In this document: positions 37,393 through 51,764 of the stretch, piece by piece | How positions within the stretch are numbered: the first letter of the stretch is position 1 | Layout: every line of letters begins with the position of its first letter | From: Octopus sinensis | Taxonomy: Eukaryota | Direction of reading: 5' to 3' | Length of the DNA: 64,000 bases | Assembly: GCF_006345805.1 (NCBI RefSeq) | Contig: NC_042999.1 | Coordinates: 89,094,001-89,158,000 of the forward strand | Position numbers and translations under genes: made by a program | Notes under the pieces: generated by a model | What the model was told of the DNA's origin: nothing | What the model saw: the letters and a program-made list of their open reading frames with translations, nothing else | The model's database searches: none

Positions 37393-37948
37393 AATGCCCT
37401 GATGCAGTATAGGCAGTGGCTCTCATGGCTTCTGATCTTAACTGATTGGAAGTGTTATCATGTACATTGTTTTGTCTTGGTATAAAAGATGGGCTACAGC
37501 AAATATTCTGCTCAATACCACAGATTTGCTTGTCAGTTGTTTGACCTTAACCAGTTGAGCATGTCCCTTAGTGGCTGACGATATGTGCATCTCTGATCAC
37601 GAGCAGAAGTAGTGGGGGAGCATCATAGCCATGTGTTGAGAGGGATTCTTTGGGGTTTGAATAATTCACCTCTGGAAACATGGGTGGTTCTTTCAACATC
37701 CTTAAACAACCCTTATTCAGGGACCTTTTGAGCGGGATGGGCTACTCAAACTGAAGAAAATTCTAACTGGGCCCCACCTGCAAGGTCATGTGCTGTTTAT
37801 CTTGATATGAGATCACCATGTTGTGCACATATGGTTGTGATGCATGTGCCTGGTGTACCTTTATCAGACGGGTAGTCATGATGGGTATATTGGGCTTCGT
37901 ATATTTTACCCCAGTGTCACTTTGATGGCATGCACTGCTCTCTCACTC

Positions 37949-37975
<27 letters not shown>
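37393..37975 (+). mobile_element. Longer copy of the (AAT)n-tailed non-coding element
   Basis: (AAT)n on both sides; starts AATGCCCTGATGCAG and ends GCATGCACTGCTCTCTCACTC(AAT)n. Confidence 0.85.
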
Positions 37976-37979
<4 letters not shown>

Positions 37980-37984
37980 TAAAT

Positions 37985-38835
37985 ATATATGCGTATACGG
38001 GTACAGGACGTCATCAACTGTGTAAACAACATTAAATACATAGACAAATGAGTTAAATACGTAAAGAACGTGAGGAACATGGAGAAGGACAAGTAAACAC
38101 AGGGAAACGATCCTTCATCAGTTGTTGGCTATCTATCTACTCCTCATTTCGAGCTTTCAAAGACAATATGAGACTTCAGAGACAGTTGCTCCCATAAATT
38201 CTAAAATAAAATTTAGGATTTATGGAGGGTCAAATTTGGGAACAAAATCAGAACAATGGAGACAGAAAGAAACCGAAGGAAAAGAATCATGGAGGGTCGT
38301 TAGACCAGGAAAAGAGGAAAATAGTGAACGCTGGGAGAAATATTTTCTTTGAAAAGAGAAAAGAGAATGAGGGTGAGAGAGAGAGAGACAGATAGAAAAC
38401 GGTGAAAGACGGAGAGGGAGAAAAAGGGAATTAGAGCAGAATCGAGGAGGAAAACAGTATAGAGTATAGTCGCATCAAAAAGGTGAAGATAGACTTACTT
38501 GGAAATAGATACGTGGCATTCAATTGAACAATAATAAATAATATATATGTATAAATGTATAAATATACATACACGGGTACAGGACGTCACCAACCGTGTA
38601 AACACGTAGACAAACGAATTAAATACGTAAACAACGAGAAAGAAAAGTGGGAAAAAGGACAAGTAAACACTGAGAAACGACCCTTCATCAGCGACAATAT
38701 GAGTCTTGAAAGACAGTTGGTCCATAAATTCTAAAATGAAATTTAGTATTTATAGAAGGTCAAAGTTGGTAACAAAAACAGGACTGTGGGAACCGAACGA
38801 AAAGAAAAATGGAGGATCGTTAGACCAGAACGAGG
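37985..38835. repeat. Two diverged direct repeats (about 37985-38335 and 38565-38835) separated by a purine-rich spacer
   Basis: Shared blocks ACGGGTACAGGACGTCA, AAGGACAAGTAAACAC, CCTTCATCAG, CCATAAATTCTAAAAT, CGTTAGACCAG. Confidence 0.8.
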
Positions 38836-38839
38836 TGAT

Positions 38840-39080
<241 letters not shown>

Positions 39081-39103
39081 ATATATATATATATATAATA
39101 TAA

Positions 39104-39430
39104 TGGCGCATGGCTCAGTTATTAGACCGTCGAGCTTACGATCGTGAGGTTGTGAGCTCGAATCCTGGACCAGGCTGCGTCTTGTGTTCTTGAGCAAGAA
39201 CGTTGCTCCAGTTCACTCAGCTGTAGAAATGAGTTGCGACGTCACTGGTGCCAGGCTGTATCGCCCTTTGTCTTTCCCTTGGATAACACTGGTGGCGTGG
39301 AGAGGGGAGGCTGGTAAGCATGGGCGACTGCTGGTCTTCCATAAACAACCTTGCTCGGACTTGTGTCTAGGAGGGTAACTTTCTAGGTGCAATCCCATGG
39401 TCATTCATGACCGAAGGGGGTCTTTACCCC
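39104..39430 (+). mobile_element. tRNA-derived SINE family C, near full length
   Basis: A box TGGCTCAGTTA, B box GCTCGAATCC, central CACTCAGCTGTAGAAATGAGT, tail GGTCATTCATGACCGAAGGGGGTC. Inserted at a (TA)n tract. Confidence 0.85.
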
Positions 39431-39857
39431 TTTTATATATATGCGCGCGCGCGTGTGTGTGTATGTATATATATATATATATATATATACGACAAGAAAT
39501 AATGTTTGCCTCTTTTTATTGAGACAAAATGGTTTATAAGACTGCAACAAAGTGCTCAAATGACATTGGGACAAAGATATGCGTGTGTTTGTGTGTGTGT
39601 ATGCGTGCGCGTGTAGTGTGTGTATGTTCATTATGTGCAACAGAAGTATTAAATTAAAATAAGATATTTGTTCATCATACTTAAATACAAATACTTTGCG
39701 AAAGGCAAATTAACTGTATGTTCGTCCTAGGAGAATATCGCTCATGGATGTGCTGAGTTTAAAAACACAAAACTAAATTGGTAGAAAGCGAAAATCGTCC
39801 AGTAGCAATGGTGAGAATGCTAGTAGTACATATCTGACTCGATGGGCTTCGTCAGTA

Positions 39858-40200
39858 AGGCGGTGAGCTGGCAGAATCGTTAGCGCGCCGGACGAAATGC
39901 TTTAACGGTATTTCGCCCGTCGTTACGTGCTGAGTTCAAATTCCGCCGAGGTCAACTTTGCCTTTTATCCTTTCGGGGTCGATGTAATCGACTTAATCCG
40001 TTTGTCTGTCCTTATTTGCCTCCTCTGTGTTTAGCCCCTTGTGGGTAGTAAAGAAATCAGTATTTCGCCCGTCGCTACTTTCTAAGTTCAAATTGGGTCG
40101 AGGTCGACTTTGCCTTTCATCCTTTCGGGGTCGAATACTGGGGTCGATGTAATCGACTTAACCCTGCCCCAAAATTTCAAGCCTTGTGTCTATAGTAGAG
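39858..40200 (+). mobile_element. SINE family B, dimeric
   Basis: Same head and duplicated core unit as 34437-34845. Confidence 0.85.
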
Positions 40201-40450
40201 AGAATGCACTTCGTCAGTAGCATGTATTCACTGGCAACTGCATAAGACATAATGGTAAGATATAGGTTTGTGTTTTTTAATACAATGCATACGTAAGAGA
40301 TATCTCCGGATGAATATCAAAAGTTATTTTGCCTTTCGCGATGCATCTGCATTAAGTTTGATACACAGATGTCTATTTATATGCAGATGTGTAATTGTAT
40401 AAATGCATGTTTGTGTGTAAATATGTGTGCGTGAGTGTGCGTATGCGTGC

Positions 40451-40507
<57 letters not shown>

Positions 40508-40598
40508 CGTGTGCATCTCGATTTGCTGTTCGTCATAGGTAGAATGTTCGTTTTCGTTTTCTTTAAATAAACGTATTTGAAGTTTCTACTGCCGAGAC

Positions 40599-40952
40599 GA
40601 TGAAGATAATGATGATAATGATGATAATGATGATGATGATGACGACGGCGACGCCGACGACGATGATGATGACGACAATGAGCATGATGACGATGACGAT
40701 GATGATGGTGATGGCGGTGGTGGTTGTGGTGGTTGTGGTGGTGGTTGTGGTGGTGGGGGGTGATGGCGATGATAGTGGTGGTGCTGCTAGCGATATAGTG
40801 ATAGTGGTAATAGTGGTGCTTGAGGTGGTGGTTGTGGTGGTGGTTATAGTGGTGGTGGTGGTGGTGGTGGTGGTTGCGGTGGTGGTGGTTGCGGCGGCGG
40901 TGAAGGTGGTGGTGGTGGTGGTGGTGGTGGTGGTGGTGGTGGTGGTGGTGAC
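40599..40952. repeat. Compound (ATG)n/(ACG)n/(GTG)n trinucleotide tract
   Basis: Seen directly in the sequence; explains the poly-M/V/P ORFs. Confidence 0.9.
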
Positions 40953-41846
40953 TGTTTGTTTGATGTTGTGCGTTGCAGTGATTGCACTCTGATCATAGCT
41001 GGCGGTAAAGCTGTGTCGCTTAATGTCCGCCGCACCAGTGACAACTTACGAAGACGTGGCCTGTATGAGAGATGCTTGTTCGTCTGCAACATCTAAAAAC
41101 AGTTGGCAGTTTGTACGGCGCCTCGCAGGACACTGTGAAATGCAGAGCGCAATGTAAACTGACGCCATATCTAGTAATTAGAAGCAACAAGCGAAGGCGC
41201 GACCAGAGTTGTTGTTATTGCTTTACTTCTCCCGTTCACCTTATTTATGGCTATCACAGGCAGTGTATGTTCATAAAGTGAATTTATGAAAATGCGCAGC
41301 ATACAAATCACAGATTGCAAAACTATCACCCTCTCTTTTATACCTCTCTCTCTCTCTCGTTCTCTCCCTCTCTCTCTCTCTTCTTTACTCCTTCTCTCAC
41401 TTTTTCTCTGTTTCGCTTTCCTGGGGAGGCTACTGCAGGAGACACATTGAAAAACGGATGAGTAATAGAAAATAAAACGAAGCTAAAAATATAGCCTACA
41501 AAGACAACCAATGCAAAATACACAAATAAATAAATAAGGACTGGCCCCCGAAATCATGTACAGCAGCTTGTCTTTTTCTAGCAACAAGGAGACGGTTCGG
41601 CGTCCCGATAAAAACGTTTTGACTCAGATATTCGACAGTGGTCAAACTGAAGGCTTTGTTTCGTATGTCAAAAGTGGCGCGGGAATTCCTGGAGCGTCGC
41701 TTGTTTATAGTTATTAAATCATTGTGATATATCATTCTTTGTACCCCGATAGTTTATGGTTTGTTATTTTAAACGTCTGTGGATTCCTTGACAAATGCGT
41801 GTAAAGGTGTGTGTGCGTATATACACACACACACACACACACACAC

Positions 41847-41914
<68 letters not shown>

Positions 41915-42105
41915 ATATATATATATGAATGTATGGGTATATGTGCGTATAGTCTGTGCAATTGTTTATATTTTTATTTTTGTATGTTCTTTATATATAT
42001 AGAGAAAACGTGTGTTGGTGAGTATATGTGTTTATACATGTGAATATCTGCCTATATTTCCATGTGCAAGTGTTTATGCCTCTATAACCGTTTGTGAGTG
42101 AGTAA

Positions 42106-42141
<36 letters not shown>

Positions 42142-42522
42142 CAGAGGCGTAAATTCATGTATCTCTGTGATTTAGTGGTGTGAACGTGTATATCTCACCA
42201 GACAAACAAATTACAACGTAATGGAAAATGAAATATTGTTTATTATATATGTTCAGAGAGCTTAACAGAGAAGGAAATGAGCCAAATTATTTGTAGGTGT
42301 TTATGTCGGTTTGTGTGCGTATAAGAAATTTTCATTTTATCTTATCGCTTTCACCTAAGTATATTTTTACTGATGTTTAGGCAGTAGGTTGTAGCCCAGC
42401 TGGGGCAATGTCATATCCTAAAAACTCTATTCTTATTTATAATTCTGAACTCGTTTAAAGCTCACAAAATATTAACCATCTATCAGTCGATTATAATTAT
42501 GTATATATTAGTGTGTGTGCTT

Positions 42523-42578
<56 letters not shown>

Positions 42579-44454
42579 CTAAATGGTTAGGGGGCTGCAC
42601 TGACGATCATAAGATTGTGATTTCGATTCCTGAACAGTACTCAGGTGACAAACGTCAGTAGTCCAGCGACTGTTCAGTGTCCTGTCTAGTGGGGAATATA
42701 AACGCTGCAGAATACAGGAAAACGGCGTTCTGAGTCTATATGACTCGGAAATGACCTTTGATTCATTTCTTTTGTTTGCTTTTTTTTGTATATGCATGTA
42801 TATATGTATGTATAAGTAAATGATGTAATTAGATTCGAAACTTTATCAAGTGATCAAGAAATCACAACGTTTACTATAATATGAGAAAAATAAAAAAAAT
42901 AAAAATTATCACATGAATTATACAAAAATACTATATTTAATAGTTTATAACATTGGCACAGGGACTGGGTTCAATTATTTAATTGGTGCCAGTTTTTTAC
43001 GATATGAGGAAAAACAAACTTGATGCAGGCAAGATTTGATTTCAGAAAGAAATAAGTAGCATCCCACGAGGCATTTTGCTCGATGAGTTAGCGATTTTGT
43101 CAACTGACCAGCTTAAAGTTCTTCATTCTTTCTAATTTTTTTACGATGGACTCCGAAAAAATGGAAATCAGAGTCAACCTCGATGGAATTTAAGCTCAGA
43201 ATGAAAAGATGTTACTAAGCATTTCATCTGGCATACTGGAGTTAAAAGCACTGAAACGTTCGTTACCATTTAATTATTTGTATACATTGAAATAGTTTTG
43301 ATACATAATCGAAGTGTTCAAAACGTAAATGGAGAGCTTAATATAAACAGATATAAAAACACATGTCTTAGTTGTTTCATGTTTATCAACAATCACTAGC
43401 GAAGGACGAAAGTTACAATGGCAGAAGAAAGGTGTTCCAAAATGTTTACAAGTTGTCTAGATGTAATTGTTACTAGAGTAGTTTCACTTCGAAAGATCAG
43501 GCAATCAAAATTTTACAGACAATTTCAAGGCAATTATAAATTTGGATCTATATATCGAGTTTTATATGCTCTAGAATGATTTTAATTACTCGGGGCACAG
43601 TCGTTGGCTAGTCCATTTCACTTTGATGGATACTAAGTCTAAGCAATTGTTTTTACAAAAAAATGGTGGTTAACATGCAGTCGTAAAATGTGAAATAAAT
43701 TGCCCAGTAAAAATGAAAGAAAACTGAGAAAAAAAAATCCGACAGTGACATCCCAGAATTTCATGTAAATAACGTATAAGACATAAATGATGTACAGAAC
43801 ATGAAAATTGTATATTTATATATTTTATATTAGATGTAAACAATCACATTTCTGGGTAAACAACAGCCACTGATGTACGAAATTAGATTCGTGAATAGTT
43901 TGTCACGATCACTAAATTTGGTTTGCCACATATGCTCATAAAGATATGATGCAAATAAACCATTAATAATCACACATTGTCACCAAAGTTTCTGCATGGT
44001 GAACATTCATAGCCCTTCTGTCATCACTTCCGATTTCTATCCCAATATGTTTATATAAAAAAGAATTATATGTATACGAAAGTGTGTGCAACTGAAAAAG
44101 AATTGATGAACAGCAGTGTATATATGTCTTTATATTAAGTTCAACATTAATGCATAGAAGACTTGAACACTATTTTTAGATTTTATTATTCAATTCACAT
44201 TTAGATTGCATTCAATGAATAAAAATTGATATCCAATACATGAGCGGTATTTTATTTTATTGACCCCGGAAGAGTGAAAAGCAGAGTTGATCTCGGAAAA
44301 ATTTGAGCTTAGAACATTACTTAATGATATAATGCGCTAAAGATCCTGTCAATCTCTGGGTTTTAAGTTTCCTCTTTTTCGGTCCGCTAAACAATAAAAT
44401 GTGACATTTAAAGTTGCCATTTAAAATGTTTCAAATCCATATTCATTTGTGTTT

Positions 44455-44626
44455 ATGTGTATGCGTGTGTACACATACATATATATACATGTAGAGATAG
44501 ATATATATACACACACATACGCATGTGTGTGTATATGTATATATATATATATATTATATATATATATATATATACACATATACATACATATAGAAATATA
44601 TACGCATACACACACATACGTATATA

Positions 44627-44694
<68 letters not shown>

Positions 44695-44736
44695 CATATG
44701 TATATATACTTATATGTCTGTATGAATGTATATCTA

Positions 44737-44776
<40 letters not shown>

Positions 44777-45070
44777 TAGATAGATAGATAGATAGATATA
44801 CATTCATACAGATATATAAGTATATATACATATGTATATGTATATATATGTAGATATACATATATATATATATATACTCATAGTACACACATATATATAT
44901 ACACATATATACATACATATATATACATATACGCATACACACACACATATATATCTACATATGTATGCATGTATGTGTGTATGTATGTATGTATGTATGT
45001 ATGTATGTATGTATTATGTATGTATGTATGTATGTATGTATATGAAAGTATGTATATGAATGTATGTACG
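44455..45070. repeat. Compound (TA)n/(TAGA)n/(TATG)n microsatellite
   Basis: Seen directly in the sequence. Confidence 0.95.
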
Positions 45071-45206
45071 TGCGTATGTTATAAGCTGATGAAAACACTT
45101 TTCAACCATGGGAAAAATATCCAGCCACTTAAAATGGATGCCTTATTAATAGAGAAATTATGAAACGTATTTTTAATTCGGGTCAAATTTTAAAAAAAGT
45201 GCAATA

Positions 45207-45237
<31 letters not shown>

Positions 45238-45810
45238 GAAGGAAGAAGTATAGGCGAAATGGGTAAATATGAATATCTCTTTACTCTCCACAAATAATAA
45301 TCTTTCTTAATTAGGATGGATTATTTGCCACCAAGTTTTAGAAACTAAATAATCAATAGCCGCAACAACAGTTATGATATATATCTGTTGTGTGTGTGCG
45401 CGTGTGTGTGTGAGTGTTCGCGCGCGTGTGTGTAAGGGTGTGTACGTGTGTAATGTTTAGAGTTTGTTTATACTGAATTATTTAAGTTCAGGTTGCATCT
45501 TGAAGTGAATACAGCTACAAATTTCCTTGTGAAATTTATAGTATCTAATTTGAGGTTAGCGATATCGAAGGGTACTTTGGTATAATTAGTTAGCACGTTG
45601 GTCATCGTAATTTAGTCCTGCGGGTAACTTTCGACCTTTCTTTCCATGTAATTTTTTTCATCCAGTGAATTCGCTTCAGTGATTTTTTTTCACGTATTTT
45701 TCGATGCTTCTACATATCTATTGTGAATATATTTAGATACGGTCCAATACTTTAGGCTACACGAGTGCTCACTAGATGAGATTCACGCTTTTGATGTAAA
45801 CACTCTAAAA

Positions 45811-47976
45811 CAGGGATCGGCAACTTCTTTGCCTCCTCGGGCCGGATCGAGTATTAATGACGGATAACGGACTGAACGAAGGTCATAAAAGAATAATTAT
45901 GGAAAATTGCACCGGCTAAAATTTAATCACCGCTATACTTTAAAATAATTTGTATTAACCACAGATGAATGTAGTAATGGGAAAACATCATTTATTCAAT
46001 TTAAGACATCGTTGGAATCATTTGTTTAAAACTCTCTTTAAAATGCATAGCAGCCATAAAATTAATGGGAAACTTGATGTTTTTTGCACCTTGAAAGCTT
46101 CTTAATATTAGGCTTCAAACTTGTTGATGCCAAGAGCAAGATATTATCAGGATGATTATCAGTTAATCTTCTTCTCAAATTGTTCTTACTTTGCTTCAAT
46201 TTGAAAAGTAATTGCTCACACTGATAAGTGCTTTCAAACAAAGATACATTATTCACTAATTTGGTATACTTCCCGCTTGGAAAAATATATTCTGGATAGA
46301 AGTCAATCAATGGAACATCTTTTGAATGAAATTTAGATCTCAATAAGTCGTCACGCTGCATATCAATCAATTTCATTTGAAAACATTCTGATATTGTCTC
46401 CATCAGTAAAACGTGATGCAAATTCATTTCTCAAATCCTGATTATATTCACAAATACCTCTGAATCCTGTGGTTTCCTTCCTTGAAATGATGAAAAACGC
46501 GCACAATTTTTATTTCGAAGTTGATGTTCCCACAACTGTAGATTTTTTCAAAGACAACACTAGAGTTATACATTTCATTTATGAGCTGAGTTTTACCTTG
46601 AAGTGGTAAATTTAAGTTATTTAAATGAGTTACAGTATCCAAAATAAAAGCCAAAGTTGCAAGCCAATCAGGATCTCGAAAATGTGAACTATCCACACGT
46701 TTGCTTTCGAGAAATATCGCCACTTCTTTTCGTAAGGCAAGTACTCTAGCGCAAGACAAGTAGCATTGATCTTCGGTTAAGCCAGCAGCGTACATTGCAG
46801 AAATAAGCAAGTTCATCATATTCTGCCTCAGTATCTAGCAAAAGCTGTTTAAATTGACGATGATTTAATCAACGAGAAAGGGTCAGATTCACGGCTTTCA
46901 AACAATTTCCTTAACATGCTTAAATTTCAGACTTGGTGCACAATGTCTCTTGATGGATAACTCAATGAATTTTAACAAGTTTATGTGTGATTCAAAGGCT
47001 TTCTATGTCCTTGCAGTAGGGCAACAAAGCATTTTTTTGTTTGTTTGTTTGGTTTTGTCCTACCATTGCTGGGACACCTTCAGTTGTGATGTCAATTATC
47101 TTCGAAAAATCAAACTTAATTTCTGATATCGTTTTCAACAAAGTTTCAAAGATGTCTGCTCCGGTTACGGTTTCCTTCATAGGAATTGACTGAATAAATT
47201 CTTCAAAGCTCTGAAAAATTGTAGTCACTCCTCGCACAAAGACAGCAAGTTGTACAGTGTCACTTAAGTCTATACTCCCATCGACTGCAATTGAAAAATT
47301 TTGTAATTCACTGCAGGCGTTGATTAATTGATTTTTAACATCTGTTGACATTTTTTCAACCCGCTGTGTAAGTGCCCTCGAAGAAAGGCTGACAGTTTCA
47401 ACTAAAAACTTTTTTTTCTGGACAAACAATATCCAACACTGCCAATAAGCAGTCTTTAAAAAAAGTCACCATCTGTAAAATGTTTCATCGTTTCAGCGAT
47501 GAGTTTTGAGAATTCATAGCGGGCAATTCTATTTACCACATTTTCGCCTTTTCTGTTTTTAAAATATGACGTTTGTTTTCCAAAACTAGACATCAACCGC
47601 ACAATTTCATCTTTCCTTGCTTGTCCAGTAAATGGTGCGTCTCGTAATGTCGTCTAATATTTGCTACCTTATTCACAGCCATGTCTTCTAGACATATGAG
47701 ACAAATCGGGTTCCCACTGTGCTCAATGAAGAAGTAATCTAATATCCAAGTTTCTTGGAAAATTCGGCATTCAGCATCTAACTTTCTTCGTTTTGCATAC
47801 GTGGTCATCGAAATTTTTTCCTACGAATAAAATTAAAATTTAAATTGATAATTTTACATCTGAATAATTCTATCTTTTTAATGGCAGACTTTTTATTGTA
47901 TTCAAAAGCTTCGTCTCTCAATACAATTGTAATAATACCAGTTGGTTATGGCTAATAATTTGTATAATGTGGGTGT

Positions 47977-48016
<40 letters not shown>

Positions 48017-48743
48017 GACGGAAATAGGTAAGCGCATGGTGGCAAGGACAAAAAGAAGAAACAAATGAGACTTTAAACGATGACAATAAATGTGTTATTT
48101 GAAAAACACAATAATGAAATAAATAAGTAAACGTCTCTTACTGGCGAAAGGGAAATATGTAATAATATAACAGAACCCAATGAAGAATTCGGGTACGAGA
48201 AAATGAGTGTTTGTAACTTACTGACGGTGGGTGGCGGGGGTAATCTGTTGTAGGTTTCACGAATCAGAGATAGTGGAGTCGCCGGCCGACTGAGACAATT
48301 GTCCCTTCGAGGCAGTCTTTTTATGACCGTCAGCAGGCTCAAGTCAGCTCTCAGTTTTTTGTCTTAATTTTACGCGGGAGAGGTAGTGATTGGGTAGAAA
48401 TGTTTCGGAATTGTATTGATATAATTATTATTGTTATTATTTTTGTGTAGAGAGAGCGGAAATGATGTGCGGAGCCCTGCATACGCGATGAATCTTTATT
48501 TGTGCTTCTGCTGTTAAAGCGTTCATATCCGGTTGGTGGTAGACATTAGGTAAGAGTGAATCAGAAGATTTGTGGAAGAAAATAACAGCAGGGCTTTTAT
48601 TGTATTTGAAAGTCTTGTCTTTCATATTACAATAAATTTAAATTTTAAATAAACAACTCACTGGGCATCTGTTCGCGCGGGCTAGTCATAAATCCCTTCA
48701 CGTGCCAGATCCGGCCTGCGGGCCGTAGGTTTGCCGGCACCTG
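45811..48743 (-). mobile_element. Full-length-sized hAT transposon, Buster/Charlie (SPIN/GTF2IRD2-like) family
   Basis: TIRs CAGGGATCGGCAAC / CAGGTGCCGGCAAA; perfect 8-bp TSD CTCTAAAA at 45803-45810 and 48744-48751; 2933 bp. Confidence 0.95.
46062..47808 (-). pseudogene. Frameshifted hAT transposase
   Basis: BED finger (CLIC..RRHYETHH), FSIAVDGSIDLSDTVQLAVFVRG, TTEGVPAMVG, IHQETLC, HLNNLNLPLQGK, C-terminal STYQCEQL..RRRLTD. Split over at least four ORFs. Confidence 0.92.
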
Positions 48744-48799
48744 CTCTAAAATTAGTAATCTGTACCAGACGTACCAAAAATATAATGATGTAGAGCGCT

Positions 48800-49780
48800 T
48801 CCAGATAGACTTTGAATGTCATATTATATCTCTTCGACAACATACGAACGACCAAACAGCCTGCTGCCGGTGATTAAGCTTCCACATATAAAGCAGATAG
48901 CATCATGAAAGTTGAAAAGCAGTTGCTTATCTGAAAATATTTTTTGACTGTTGACTAGGAGTACTTTTTTTTACAACAGGGAATTTGTACAATAATTCTA
49001 CCGTAACAGAGCATCAGAAGTAAAACTTTACATATCAACAAGATGTCTTGCATGGCTATATTTCTAATGAGATATTACATCTTGGATGGCTACATTTCTA
49101 GTGAAATAAGAATGAGATATTAGCTCTTACTTTAACTGATAGGCAATACATTAGCTGGAAGTAACAAAATACTTGATGCACTCAAGGGATAACGATGTAG
49201 GTAAACCACCAAGATGCGACATCCAATGCAGATTCTGAGAAAGTCATCCGCCTCATAAATAGTCGATCAAATATATCATCACAGTATTACCTACTTGAGA
49301 GAATCGGTATCGTGGCTAAAACGAAATCCATAGAAAGCATAATCCTAAGGATATAAATATAAGAAGCAATCTTGATGTAAAGAGTATAATCACTCAAAAT
49401 ATGAAAGAATACAGGAGGAATGTTTCTGTCTATAAAACGCAAGTATAGCAAACTAGATATAATAACCTGGGAGTGAAGATATAATTAAGTAGAATAGTTG
49501 AAATTTGCCCAGCAGTCAATACGCTGTTAAATATTAGTGAAAAGAAAAATACATCCATGTTGAACTGCTGATGAGTTTTATTCTGCAGTTTTTCCAGCTG
49601 GAGTATATTTTTAGATTTCTGCCGATAATTATTGGAGCACTTGGATGACTACTGCTCCAGTAGTAATCTCGAGGAACTGCGTTTCACACAACCAGAAAGA
49701 ACATGCCTAATCAGGAGATTACAGCTAGAGGCCATCAAAAATTCTGTCTAAACATGTAAAGCACTTAAGAGGTTTCGCAT
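48800..49780 (+). mobile_element. Older copy of the R4-type family seen at 13235-14095
   Basis: Degenerate SSQYYL, FRFLPIIIGALG and ERTCLIRRLQLEAI align with the corresponding motifs of the 13-kb copy. Confidence 0.65.
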
Positions 49781-50019
49781 GTAATAAGTGCACAGACACA
49801 CGTTTATACATGCAAACATGTTTGTGCATATAAGCATAAGTCAAGATGTACAAATTCACTTATGAAATAACAGCCACACCTGCATACATGCATGCTTACA
49901 TACATACAGTCAAGCATTCATGCATGCATATATACAGCCATGTATACATCACTAATTTGTTGATTTTGTCTAAATTCCAGTAAGATGTAGAACATCTTGG
50001 ATGCATTCTTGTTCCAAAC

Positions 50020-50370
50020 ACTGGCATCTTCTCAACTACATAACTGTGAACCTGAACGACACAAGGAATAAAGGCTAGTTGTTAGTATAACTGAATTTTA
50101 GAAGCAGGAGACATCTTCAGGCGCAGTCACTACCAAAAGGCTGAGGACACAAAGACGCAAATCATCAGCATTTGAAGAATTTTTTGAGAAATCATCTCTA
50201 ATAGACTAAACAAATCATTCTTCATACCTGATGACATAAAGAATAGCTTGTCATCTCTAAAAGAGAGTCTCTACTCTTCTGCAAGTAACATGCTTGGTAT
50301 TCAAGTACACAATATCGGGATCAGTTTGATGAAAATAATGAAGAACTCCAAGGCCTTCGAGGGAAAAATA
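50020..50370 (+). pseudogene. Decayed RTE-type LINE fragment (EN-RT linker)
   Basis: LG....DQFDENNEE resembles RTE 'DWFDEND.EI'. Confidence 0.4.
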
Positions 50371-51364
50371 AGTTAATTAATACTCAGTTATTACTCAAAG
50401 GCAGATATTCTTCTTTTATAGAAAAATGATAAAAAAACAAACAAACAAACAAACAAAAACGGAATCCTAAGGTTCGTGAAGTATAAGGGGCTTGAAGAGT
50501 AGTGAATCTTTTGAGAGTAGTGAATCTATAAGGCTCCATGCCTTTCACAAAGCACTAGGTGCAAATTCAATCCCTGCTAAAATATACCGTTATGGTATCG
50601 ATGCACTCATTGAAGAACTGAGCTGTTTATTTTTAATGTAATCAATGGATGCCATACGCCAAGAATTCAACCATTCATTCCTGAATGGGATTTGGAATAA
50701 GTTTACTTGCCCGTCTATGGATTTCAGATGTTTTAACACCCAGTACTATGATGGAGTCGTCTCCACCGCGCCACATGCAGCCTACCAGCGAACAAGCAAG
50801 GCTTAAACATTGAGTATGTGTTTCGATAATTTTTACAACACTAACGTTGCTTCTGATTTATATTTTAATCTGTACATACATATAAAGTAGCATAACAGAA
50901 AGTAAGAATAGCCTAGAACTTTTGTTTTTACTATGAAGTTTTAGAAAGTGTGGTTTGTTTTGCATCACCAACAATCAACTCCGAATACGCACATGAGATA
51001 TATATGAATACAAATATTATTTTAATGGTTTCAGCCATTAGACTGCAGACACACGAAGGCGCGGCCTTCGAAGTATATGTATACATGCACACACATATGT
51101 ATATGTGTGTGCATGTGTCTGTGTGTGTTTGTGCATGCGTGTATGTTTGAATGTACATGTATATGTATGTATATATATGTACATATATATGTTAATATTT
51201 ATTCAACCATAGACAGAATAACACTGACATAGTGATCGTATTTATTAGACTGTATGCGAAAGAGATGACACAAAATTTCGTTTAGAGCTAAATGGCGCAA
51301 AAACTCCTAAATGACGTAACCATTTAGGCACTGTAATATCGATTATTGTTATAATCCTTAAATG

Positions 51365-51580
51365 ACGGTGGCGATCTGGCAAAATCGTTAGCAATACCGA
51401 TAACATGCTTAGCGGCATTTCGTCCGTTTCTAGTTCTGAGTTCAGCTTCCATCGAGTTCGACTTTGCCTTTTATCTTTTTAGAGAGGATAAAATAAGTAC
51501 CACTCAAGTACTGGGGTCGATAAAGTTGACTTATTCCTTTCCCAAAAGTTCAAGTCTTCTACCTATAGTAGAGAGAATTA
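51365..51580 (+). mobile_element. SINE family B, monomeric
   Basis: GGTGGCGATCTGGCAAAATCGTTAGC..GACTTTGCCTTTTATC..GTACTGGGGTCGAT; single core unit. Confidence 0.75.
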
Positions 51581-51764
51581 CTACAATCCCTAAACGGTTA
51601 TGTCACTTAATCCATTTAGTTTATCCATTGCACTTTTGCCATTTATAAAATGATTGCTATGTGAGCTCTATTCTATATGTACCTGGTTGAATAATTGCTA
51701 AAACTTGCCAAGTTTCATTATGCTTCAGCATGAAACCCATTGGTACTGCAGGTACATGCAAGGC

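Noticed and set aside
39104-39175. tRNA-like sequences with A and B boxes (also 21070, 34437, 39858)
   Set aside because: They are SINE heads: no complete cloverleaf, and they continue into SINE bodies.
40600-41092. Poly-Met/Val and poly-Pro ORFs
   Set aside because: They derive from the (ATG)n/(GTG)n tract, with no supporting splice signals or domain.
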